Of a DNA stretch of 64,000 nucleotides, positions 1 through 7,741 are shown in pieces (within the stretch, counting starts at the first letter, position 1; each line of letters begins with the position of its first letter). Source of the stretch: Candidatus Zhuqueibacterota bacterium (lineage in GTDB: Bacteria > Zhuqueibacterota > Zhuqueibacteria > Thermofontimicrobiales > Thermofontimicrobiaceae); NCBI GenBank assembly GCA_034506395.1, contig JAPDPQ010000001.1, positions 4,435 through 68,434 on the forward strand, read 5' to 3'. The translations under genes and the position numbers were made by a program. The notes below the pieces were generated by a model. That model saw only the letters and a list, made by a program, of their open reading frames with translations, made no database searches and was not told where the DNA came from.

Positions 1-1
1 G

Positions 2-760
2 GTTGGCAATGCCGGCTGTGCTGGTTGTGCCAATGGTCAGATCGGTCAAAATGGGCCTGGCGAAATCACGATTAGCACTGGTAATCGTAATTTTGCTGGC
101 AAGCAGGGGAAGGGGGAGGTCTATTTGGCTTCACCCGCTACTGTTGCAGCCTCCGCCGTGGCGGGGATCATTACTATTGCCAAACGCATTCCAAAAGACC
201 CAGTGCTGTTTCAGACTGGGATGGCAAAAAGGAGGCAACGCGCGGAGCCACGGACAACTGCTATTGCGAGCGAGAGGCCGACCCGATTGAATGGACGCGT
301 CTGGGTGATCCGCAAGGATAACATCGACACCGATATGATTTTTCACAACCGGTACCTCGCCATCACCGATGTGGCGCAGATGGGACAATACACTTTCGAT
401 AATCTGGCTGGATGGGAGGACTTCGCCCAAAAAGCTAAGCCTGGGGACATTGTCGTGACTGGCAAAAATTTCGGTGCTGGGAGCTCGCGCCAGCAAGCGG
501 TGGATTGTTTCAAAAGCTTGGGAATCGCTCTGATCATTGCAGAATCCTTTGGCGCAATTTACGAGCGCAACGCCATCAATGCTGGAATGCCGATCATTCG
601 ATCCGATTTAGTGCAAACCGATATCCAGGATGGGGAAATCATCGAGATCGATCTAAAAACTGGCAAGATCTTCCGACCTAAAAATCAACAGCAATATCAA
701 GCAGAGCCATTTTCCCCAGTTCAGATGGAGATCTATCAGCGCGGTGGATTATTGGGCTAA
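2..760 (+). CDS. Aconitase-family dehydratase (3-isopropylmalate/homoaconitate dehydratase type), large-subunit C-terminus fused in frame to a LeuD-like small subunit; 5' partial
   Basis: Frame 2 is open from the window edge. The N-terminal part reads GNAGCAGC...STGNRNFAGKQGKGEVYLASP, an aconitase large-subunit motif. It continues without a stop into a LeuD-like domain (GRVWVIRKDNIDTDMIF...GKNFGAGSSRQQAV). The ORF track lists it only from an internal TTG at 125. Confidence 0.75.
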   Translation, partial: VGNAGCAGCANGQIGQNGPGEITISTGNRNFAGKQGKGEVYLASPATVAASAVAGIITIAKRIPKDPVLFQTGMAKRRQRAEPRTTAIASERPTRLNGRVWVIRKDNIDTDMIFHNRYLAITDVAQMGQYTFDNLAGWEDFAQKAKPGDIVVTGKNFGAGSSRQQAVDCFKSLGIALIIAESFGAIYERNAINAGMPIIRSDLVQTDIQDGEIIEIDLKTGKIFRPKNQQQYQAEPFSPVQMEIYQRGGLLG

Positions 761-1072
761 GTTTATTTGGCTGAACATAAAAATTAATCCCCTTGTCATA
801 CGAATCCTTCCTGACGAAGTGAGGAGGTCGATGAGCATGTCTCATTTTTTATCTTTATAGTGCAGTGGCTCGCGATTGAAACGTGAAAAAGCCAATGCGC
901 TCAAGATCAATCTATGCTTTGGCAGAGAACTGAGTTATCTATTGCCAGGCCGCAAATTCAAAATTATCGCCGAGAGTCAATTCTTCTCTCTATCTTCAAT
1001 TTAAATCATTGATCGGCTCTGAATCTTTTTTCCACTGGAAACATCAAATTATCAGAATAATGGAGAGATCCA

Positions 1073-1285
1073 ATGGAAAAAGAAATTGAGCCGATCATTC
1101 AAAAATATTGCGGTGCACTTGAGGAACGGATCGCAGCTTGCCACGACAAAAAGGTTGCTCGGCTCTTGAAACAGTTCCTTTTTAATGAGATTCGGCAACA
1201 CTGTAAAAATAAAGCAACCCTGGCTGCTGTGCGCGCGCATATCGATTCGCTCATTCAAAAGCGATTTCAAAGCAAACCAAACTGA
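1073..1285 (+). CDS. Hypothetical small protein (70 aa)
   Basis: ORF with an upstream GGAGAG RBS-like sequence; no recognisable motif; directly precedes a DUF1858 ORF. Confidence 0.3.
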   Translation: MEKEIEPIIQKYCGALEERIAACHDKKVARLLKQFLFNEIRQHCKNKATLAAVRAHIDSLIQKRFQSKPN

Positions 1286-1294
1286 AATTTAGCA

Positions 1295-1510
1295 ATGTCA
1301 GAAGTGAACAAAACTATCCCGATTGAAGAACTGGTCGTAAAATTTCCGCAATCGGTCAATTATTTGATGAACAAAGGGATCAAATGCATTGTTTGTGGGG
1401 AACCGATCTGGGGGACGCTTGAGGACGCTGCAAAGGAGCGCGGTTTTAGTGATCACGATATCGAAAGGCTTGTCGACGAGCTGAATCAACAGCTATCGCC
1501 AACCCTTTAA
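1295..1510 (+). CDS. DUF1858 domain protein (hybrid-cluster-protein-associated redox disulfide domain)
   Basis: 71 aa; the pattern KFPQSVNYLMNKGIKCIVCGEPIWGTLEDAAKERGFSD...LVDELN matches the DUF1858 family from memory. Confidence 0.5.
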   Translation: MSEVNKTIPIEELVVKFPQSVNYLMNKGIKCIVCGEPIWGTLEDAAKERGFSDHDIERLVDELNQQLSPTL

Positions 1511-1714
1511 ATCTTGAAAACTGATCATAGATATGAGGGAATCCTCCATCATAAACCAATTGCGAAAATAAAACTATCACTTGAGTAGATAAAGAAGTCA
1601 CCTCTATCTCATTCATAAAAGTGCCAACAGATGCCTGCAGTCGCAGGCGTGACATTCAGAATGTGGGGACTTATTTTTGGTAGAAGTATAAATTTGATTA
1701 AGAAGGACAGCTTT

Positions 1715-2155
1715 ATGAGAGCAAGGATCAAACGAGTTGATGGGTTAAGTTTAATCGGGAAGGCGGATTCGAATCACTGGGTGCCAATGGACACAGTGGA
1801 GGATTTTGGCGGTCATAATGCGGGCACAAAACCGATGGAATTGGTGCTATTGGGGCTTGGCGGTTGTACAGCGATGGATGTGCTATCGATTATGACAAAA
1901 AAACGCGCGCCAATCCAAGATTTTGAAATGGAGCTTGAGGCTGAGCAAGCAGCAGATTATCCAAAAGTATTCACCAAAATCAAAATCACTTACATTTTTT
2001 ACGGGGACAAAGAGAAAATCAAGGGAAAAGATATTGAGCGGGCCATCGAACTCTCACGGGATGTGTATTGCCCCGTCTCCAATATGTTAAAACATTCGGT
2101 AGCCATTGAGCATCACTACGAAATTCGAGAGCCCAAAATTGGTACAGACCAATGA
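1715..2155 (+). CDS. OsmC/Ohr family protein
   Basis: About 146 aa from an internal ATG preceded by AAGGA; reads ...GHNAGTKPMELVLLGLGGCTAMDVLSIMTKKR..., typical of the OsmC fold. Confidence 0.6.
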   Translation: MRARIKRVDGLSLIGKADSNHWVPMDTVEDFGGHNAGTKPMELVLLGLGGCTAMDVLSIMTKKRAPIQDFEMELEAEQAADYPKVFTKIKITYIFYGDKEKIKGKDIERAIELSRDVYCPVSNMLKHSVAIEHHYEIREPKIGTDQ

Positions 2156-2294
2156 CTGTTCTAATATGCGTCCCAGCAGCTACGGACCAATCATTTTTTC
2201 GAGTGAAACTTAGCTCTCGAGATTGAGCATCAACAAAATATGTCTTGTTTTTTTCATGAAAATTTCTATATTTCCGTTAACAAAAAACGGAAAT

Positions 2295-2870
2295 ATGGAT
2301 ATGGAATTGACAGAACAAGAATTGATCCGTCGTGCAAAGCAAGGAGATCGGGCAGCTCAGGCTAAAATTGTAAAAGACCATGAGAAAATGGTCTATAATT
2401 TGGGTCTAAAATTATTGGGCAACCCTGACCAAGCAGAGGGCGTTTTGCAAGAGACCTTCCTCAAGGTATTGCAAGCGCTTCCCAAATTCGAGGAAAAATC
2501 TCAGCTCTCGACTTGGATCTATCGCATCGCGACCAATCAGGCGCTCATGCGATTGCGTTCTCGCAAACGTCGTTTTATTTCAATTGAGGAAAATCCAGAA
2601 TTTGAGGATAAAGATTACACGACCTTCGCTCAATCGTTGGATGCAACCCCACTGGATGACGTGCTGAATCAGGAATTGCGAGAAAAGATGGATCGAGCGA
2701 TTGAGCAATTGCCAGATAATTATAAAACAGTGTTCGTGATGAAGGATATCGAAGGGATGGCATTGAAGGAAATTGCAGAAATTTTAGACCTGTCTTTGCC
2801 TGCAGTCAAATCCAATCTGCACCGCGCCAGAGTTACTCTTCGAAATAAATTGGCTGAAATGTGGAACTGA
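2295..2870 (+). CDS. RNA polymerase ECF-type sigma-70 factor
   Basis: Region-2 motifs (VYNLGLKLLGNPDQAEGVLQETFLKV...STWIYRIATNQALMRLR) and a region-4 helix-turn-helix (ALKEIAEILDLSLPAVKSNLHRAR). The start is taken at ATG 2295 (MDMELTEQ); the track ORF begins further upstream at 2223. Confidence 0.8.
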   Translation: MDMELTEQELIRRAKQGDRAAQAKIVKDHEKMVYNLGLKLLGNPDQAEGVLQETFLKVLQALPKFEEKSQLSTWIYRIATNQALMRLRSRKRRFISIEENPEFEDKDYTTFAQSLDATPLDDVLNQELREKMDRAIEQLPDNYKTVFVMKDIEGMALKEIAEILDLSLPAVKSNLHRARVTLRNKLAEMWN

Positions 2871-2880
2871 GGAATTTGCG

Positions 2881-3114
2881 ATGGAATGTTTTGAGTCTCT
2901 GGAAAAAATTTGTGAAGCGCTTGGAGAAGATATCGATAGCCCAATGTGCAAAGAGGTTGAGGAGCATTTGCGCAATTGCCCCCGCTGTTGCGCCCACGTC
3001 GATTCGGTCCGCAAGGTCGTTCGGCTTTATCGACAGATTGGCGATGCGGAGGTGCCTGTAGCCGTGGACGAACGATTGTGGAAAGTGCTCAATCTTTCAA
3101 AGCCACAAGACTGA
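2881..3114 (+). CDS. Anti-sigma factor, zinc-finger (zf-HC2/ChrR-like)
   Basis: 77 aa starting 10 nt after the sigma-factor stop; carries a HLRNCPRCCAH (H-x3-C-x2-C) motif typical of zinc anti-sigma factors. Confidence 0.65.
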   Translation: MECFESLEKICEALGEDIDSPMCKEVEEHLRNCPRCCAHVDSVRKVVRLYRQIGDAEVPVAVDERLWKVLNLSKPQD

Positions 3115-3368
3115 AGCTTGGCGCAAACCAGCTTCTATCTTTGAGCCCTACTGTTGCGCGCAGCAAATTATTATTATCCCACCGAACCAAACTAAATTCA
3201 TTTTCAAATGCAGTTCAGCCCTCGCTTCCGTTCTTTTGACCCTCCACATTTTGACTCGATCATTCGTCCGCCTTTATGCGCGGAATTACCTTTGGTGACT
3301 TTATATTCATGACTACAATAAGATCGATGCTTGGTGATGAGAAGATGGCAAAAGGCACGATTATTCGC

Positions 3369-3397
3369 TTGACAGATTGCCGATTATTTTGTATATT
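3369..3397 (+). promoter_or_regulatory. Sigma-70-like promoter candidate (TTGACA-N17-TATATT) upstream of the rpiB-deoC fusion gene
   Basis: Exact TTGACA at 3369-3374, a 17-nt spacer, then TATATT at 3392-3397; lies about 75 nt upstream of the start codon at 3470. Confidence 0.4.
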
Positions 3398-3469
3398 ACC
3401 GCCGTTTTTAAAATGCATCGCGCATGTGAGAGATCAACCATGTAACAAACGAGAAAGATTCGGAATCAG

Positions 3470-4876
3470 ATGAGCACCCAGCCGGGAATTAAAATCCGAA
3501 AAATTGCTATCGGCGCCGACCATGCGGGATTTGAGCTCAAGGAGAAGCTCAAAAAATATCTTGCTGATCGAGGGCATCATCTTTTTGATTGTGGAACTTT
3601 CAGCACCGAATCCGTGGATTATCCGAAGATCGCCTTTCAGGTTGCACAATTGGTGAGCAGAGGCGAATATGAATTGGGAATCATGATCGACGGTGCGGGG
3701 ATTGGTTCGGCGATGGCAGCCAATAAGGTCCCCGGTATTCGAGCGGCTCTCTGTTACGATCTTTCGACCGCACGCAATAGTCGCGAGCACAACAACGCCA
3801 ATGTCCTCACTCTGGGGGGTGGGCTGATCGGTTTTGAATTGGCCAAACAGATCGTCGATACCTGGCTGGCATCAGAGTGCACAGTCGATCGACACCTGCG
3901 CCGAGTACAGATGATCCATGACATCGAACAAGGAAAATTCACTGTGAATCAGATAACGATGCCTCCAGGTCCCTCATCTGGGTTGGCAATTTCCGAGGAA
4001 GACGTTAAGAAAATCGTTTCGAGAGTCCAAACTTTATTACAGCAGCAGATGGGAACTGGTGCGATGTGGACATCCGCTAGTTGTCAAAATCCCACATGCA
4101 ATTCGTGCGGCCAATGTGCGAATAAGGCCCCTGATGCCGTTCGTCAATTTATTTCCATTGGTGCTGCGCGCATCTCTAATGCTCCAGGTGGCATCGGTGC
4201 CCCGCAGGACATCGCCAAATTTATTGACCACACGCTGCTCAAGCCAGAAGCTACGATTTCGGATATCGAACGGGTTTGTCAGGAGGCAGTGAAATATCAA
4301 TTTGCAGCGGTGTGTATTAATCCCTGCTATGTGAAATTGGCGCATGAATTGACACGTGGATCCAATGTAAAAGTTTGTAGCGTGGTTGGGTTTCCGCTCG
4401 GGGCAAGCATCACCGAGATTAAAGCCCTGGAGGCTCGGCGAGCGATTCGCGACGGGGCGAAGGAGATCGATATGGTAATCAACATCGGTGCACTCAAAAG
4501 CGACAATGATGAATTGGTGTTTCGGGACATCCGGACTGTGGTGGATGCTTGTGTGGATGGAAGCGCAATCTGCAAGGTTATCATTGAAGCAGCGCTCTTG
4601 ACCGATGAAGAGAAAGTGAGGGCGTGCGAGCTGGCAAAGCGGGCGCGAGCCCATTATGTGAAAACGTCGACGGGATTCGGCCCCGGCGGTGCGACTGCGC
4701 ATGACGTCGCGCTGATGCGACAGGTGGTGAGCGGCACACGAATGGGCGTGAAGGCTGCGGGCGGCATCCGATCGCTGGCAGACGCACAAAAGATGATCGA
4801 AGCGGGGGCCACTCGGATCGGCGCCAGCGCTGGCGTGAAAATCGTCCAAGAAGCAGCAAAGGTGGCAAATCCCTGA
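3470..4876 (+). CDS. Bifunctional fusion: RpiB/LacAB-family sugar-phosphate isomerase (N-terminal) and deoxyribose-phosphate aldolase DeoC (C-terminal)
   Basis: The N-terminal ~150 aa match the RpiB fold ([14 protein letters not shown]...[25 protein letters not shown]...[13 protein letters not shown]). The C-terminal ~230 aa are DERA ([12 protein letters not shown]...[10 protein letters not shown]...[15 protein letters not shown]...[10 protein letters not shown]), including the Schiff-base lysine motif VKTSTGF. A ~80 aa linker contains a C-x4-C-x2-C-x2-C cluster. Confidence 0.85.
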   Translation: MSTQPGIKIRKIAIGADHAGFELKEKLKKYLADRGHHLFDCGTFSTESVDYPKIAFQVAQLVSRGEYELGIMIDGAGIGSAMAANKVPGIRAALCYDLSTARNSREHNNANVLTLGGGLIGFELAKQIVDTWLASECTVDRHLRRVQMIHDIEQGKFTVNQITMPPGPSSGLAISEEDVKKIVSRVQTLLQQQMGTGAMWTSASCQNPTCNSCGQCANKAPDAVRQFISIGAARISNAPGGIGAPQDIAKFIDHTLLKPEATISDIERVCQEAVKYQFAAVCINPCYVKLAHELTRGSNVKVCSVVGFPLGASITEIKALEARRAIRDGAKEIDMVINIGALKSDNDELVFRDIRTVVDACVDGSAICKVIIEAALLTDEEKVRACELAKRARAHYVKTSTGFGPGGATAHDVALMRQVVSGTRMGVKAAGGIRSLADAQKMIEAGATRIGASAGVKIVQEAAKVANP

Positions 4877-5063
4877 TCGCCTCGGTCTCGTTCCCAACAC
4901 TTATCAGGTCACTATCGCTGCATCATCTTTTATTTTTTTATGCAAAAAATCGATGTTACATATAACTGAGAGCAAAACCGAACAAGATTAGTTATTGATG
5001 AGTCAGCCCATTTAAAATCCAAAATTCTAACAATGTTTTGAATTTGTTCACAAGGAGAGCTCT

Positions 5064-5693
5064 GTGGTTGACCTACGCGCTTATGTCTTTTTGGACAATC
5101 TTCAGCCGCAATACGCCGCCTTTTTGGGCACGGTGGCACAAGGGTTCCTGCCAATCGCCCACATGGCGTCGCTTTATGTCGAGATCTCCCCAGGGATCGA
5201 AATCAATCGTATCACGGATATCGCTTTGAAATCGACTCGGGTAACGCCGGGGATGCAAATTGTGGAACGCCTTTATGGTTTGCTTGAGATCCATTCTGAG
5301 TCTCAGGCGGACGTTCGGCAGGCTGGTCAGGCGATTTTGGACGCGTTGGGTTTAAAGGAAGAAGATCGCTGGAAGCCGAAGATTTACTCCAGCCAGGTGA
5401 TCCGACGAATTGATGACCATCAGACGCAATTGATTAATCGCATGCGCCACGGCAACATGATCATTCCGGGCCAGACATTGTATGTGATGGAAGTTGCCCC
5501 GGCAGCTTATGCCGCACTGGCAGCGAACGAAGCGGAAAAGGCCGCCGAAATTAATATCCTAGAGGTTCGAGCTTTTGGCAGTTTTGGACGCGTTTATCTG
5601 GGAGGAGAGGAACGCGATATCGACGTGGGGTGGCGCGCGGCTGTTCATGCCATTGAAAGCGTCACTGGCAAAATGTTTGAAGGAGCGTCTTAG
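5064..5693 (+). CDS. Divergent tandem BMC-domain shell protein, probably permuted BMC-T (EutL/PduB-like)
   Basis: 209 aa made of two ~100-aa halves. The second half ([30 protein letters not shown]...[24 protein letters not shown]) resembles BMC-domain and EutL patterns (..ADEATKQAMVEVV.. / ..[27 protein letters not shown]). It sits immediately upstream of the other shell genes. Assignment is by pattern recall only. Confidence 0.5.
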   Translation: MVDLRAYVFLDNLQPQYAAFLGTVAQGFLPIAHMASLYVEISPGIEINRITDIALKSTRVTPGMQIVERLYGLLEIHSESQADVRQAGQAILDALGLKEEDRWKPKIYSSQVIRRIDDHQTQLINRMRHGNMIIPGQTLYVMEVAPAAYAALAANEAEKAAEINILEVRAFGSFGRVYLGGEERDIDVGWRAAVHAIESVTGKMFEGAS

Positions 5694-6062
5694 GTCGCTA
5701 TCCCTCTGCGCCAAAATATTTTATTGCTGATGCGTATCAACCCCATGGGCTTAAAGTTCTTCATCTTTCCATAATGAAAAAATAACGGACGCTTTTAAGG
5801 GAAGCTCATAAATTTTCCAACTTTTTTTCAGACTTCTGTGCAATGAGCCGATATCGATCAATCTCCTGTCACTGTTGAATAGGTAGGAGTCTATTTTATT
5901 TTAACAAGTCACAACTCAGGCATGCCCGCATTAACAGGCATGCCCCGATTTTGCAATTTATTTGAATTTTATGAAAGTCTCAGTTATTTAGTTAACAAGT
6001 TTAGGACAGCGCATTGACAAATTGGTTTAGAACATTTTACTGGTACTCAGGAGGAATGAAGC

Positions 6063-6383
6063 ATGGCCGAAGCTTTAGGAATGATTGAATGTCGTAGTTT
6101 TCCAGCAATGGTGGAAGCTGCAGATGCCATGGTTAAGGCTGCCAAGGTTGAGTTGGTCAGTTACGAGAAAACTGGGGGAGGATACGTCACTGCGATCATC
6201 CGTGGGGATGTTGCTGCGGTAAAGGCCGCTTGCGAAGCTGGACAAGCTGGTGCCGCCAAAGTGGGTGAGGTCGTTGCCGTGCATATTATCGCTCGGCCGC
6301 ACAGCAATGTGGACCTGGTATTGCCATTGGGCAGAAAGGAACAGGTAGCCGCAGAGCTGAAGAAAACCAAGCGCGATGAATAA
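6063..6383 (+). CDS. BMC shell protein, hexamer-forming BMC-H (PduA/EutM/CcmK family, Pfam00936)
   Basis: Canonical [54 protein letters not shown]...VHIIARPH; GGAGGAAT RBS 6 nt upstream. Confidence 0.92.
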   Translation: MAEALGMIECRSFPAMVEAADAMVKAAKVELVSYEKTGGGYVTAIIRGDVAAVKAACEAGQAGAAKVGEVVAVHIIARPHSNVDLVLPLGRKEQVAAELKKTKRDE

Positions 6384-6612
6384 TCAATAAAGGGCTGGAT
6401 AGAAGCCGCAAGTCAACGACGCTGCAAGTTGCTCTTGTTTGCTTTTAAAAATTTTTCAGCCAAGAGGCAAAACTATTTTTCCTTGCGTTAATAGCGGCTG
6501 AGAAAGAATTGAACTTCTGAAATAGCCCCTGATTCTGAATAGTTGGTAGCGAATAAGTTTGAAGCCATAAATTTGAGACAAATTGCTGCCAGAGTTATGA
6601 GCAGGAAAAGCT

Positions 6613-6912
6613 ATGGTATTAGCCAAAGTAATTGGGACCGTGGTCGCCACGCGAAAAGAAAAGAGCATGGAAGGGCTCAAATTCCTGCTTTTGCGACAGG
6701 TCGACCTCGATGGCAACGAGATTGGGGGTCATATCGTTGCTGCTGATGCTGTTGGTGCAGGTCTGGGCGAAATGGTGCTTTATGCCACTGGTAGCTCGGC
6801 TCGACAAACCGTAATGACTGATAAGCGGCCTTGCGATGCGGTCATTATGGCCATTGTGGATAACTGGGAAGTGAACGGACAGATCAAATACAAAAAAGGA
6901 CAACATGATTGA
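6613..6912 (+). CDS. BMC vertex protein BMC-P (EutN/CcmL/PduN family, Pfam03319), copy 1
   Basis: [17 protein letters not shown]...[32 protein letters not shown] is the classic EutN/CcmL pattern. Confidence 0.9.
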   Translation: MVLAKVIGTVVATRKEKSMEGLKFLLLRQVDLDGNEIGGHIVAADAVGAGLGEMVLYATGSSARQTVMTDKRPCDAVIMAIVDNWEVNGQIKYKKGQHD

Positions 6913-7027
6913 CCTGCTCCGCCGCCTAATATTTTCCATTAGCCGTGCAATGACAGATTGTTGAGATTTAAACTCCAATGAAACCGCAGGCTGATTTGGC
7001 ATTTAATGAAATAACAGGTAGCGCAAA

Positions 7028-7594
7028 TTGGATCGACCTTTTTTAATCGGCAAAAAGATCTATCTCCGACCAGTAGAGCCTGAGGATGCGGCATTTCTCG
7101 CTCGGGGGGAAAATCACCCAGCGGTGCGCGAGGCGTTATTTCTGGCATTCCCCGTGAGTATGGGAACTGAGCTGGAGAAGATCGAGCAATTCATCAAATC
7201 CAAAGAAGCAATTGTGCTGATCATTGTAGACCAGCAGACGAATCAACCAGTCGGCCAGACCGCATTCTTTCGCATCGATTTCGTCAGCCGAGCGGCCGTT
7301 TTTTATCTGGCAATCCTCGATCCGAGCCATTGGTCGAAGGGGTATGGCTCGGAGGCCACACAACTCATGGTTGATTACGCATTCGAGACGCTCAATCTCA
7401 ATCGCATCCAGCTTCATGTCTGCGCCGAAAATACCCCTGCCATTCGGATTTATGAGCGCGCTGGATTCAAAAAAGAGGGAGTTTTACGACAGGCTATGTT
7501 TCGCAACGGGGCTTATGTGGATTTCTGGGTGATGGGCATCTTGCGGAGCGATTGGTCGGTGCGATCTCAAAATAGCCAAGTCTTTTCGGCATAA
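7028..7594 (+). CDS. GNAT family N-acetyltransferase
   Basis: RimL/RimJ-like pattern (...QPVGQTAFFRIDF...WSKGYGSEATQLMVDYAFETLNLNRIQLHVCAENTPAIRIYERAGFKKEG); embedded between a BMC-P gene and the aldehyde dehydrogenase. Confidence 0.75.
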   Translation: MDRPFLIGKKIYLRPVEPEDAAFLARGENHPAVREALFLAFPVSMGTELEKIEQFIKSKEAIVLIIVDQQTNQPVGQTAFFRIDFVSRAAVFYLAILDPSHWSKGYGSEATQLMVDYAFETLNLNRIQLHVCAENTPAIRIYERAGFKKEGVLRQAMFRNGAYVDFWVMGILRSDWSVRSQNSQVFSA

Positions 7595-7741
7595 GCCAAT
7601 CAAATCCAGCCATAAATTCATCGACACAATAGGTATTTTTCGCCGGTGGTTGAATGATCTTAATAGTTGATTAGAGACTTTCGTTCACATACAACAATTA
7701 TTTGGTTTATCATGCGATCACTTTAACGCTGGAGCGAACCC

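Noticed and set aside
4037-4900. 287-aa ORF on the minus strand spanning most of the DeoC-coding region
   Set aside because: Antisense shadow ORF inside a confidently identified gene; low-complexity, Arg/Cys/His-rich composition typical of a non-coding frame, with no motifs.
5064-5693. Possibility that the 209-aa protein is a PduL-type phosphotransacylase, a common two-domain ~210-aa BMC enzyme
   Set aside because: It lacks the recalled PduL hallmarks (RHxHLS, Q-P-G-Q-F/Y-A), whereas the second half aligns well to BMC-domain and EutL patterns, so it was called a permuted BMC-T with moderate confidence.
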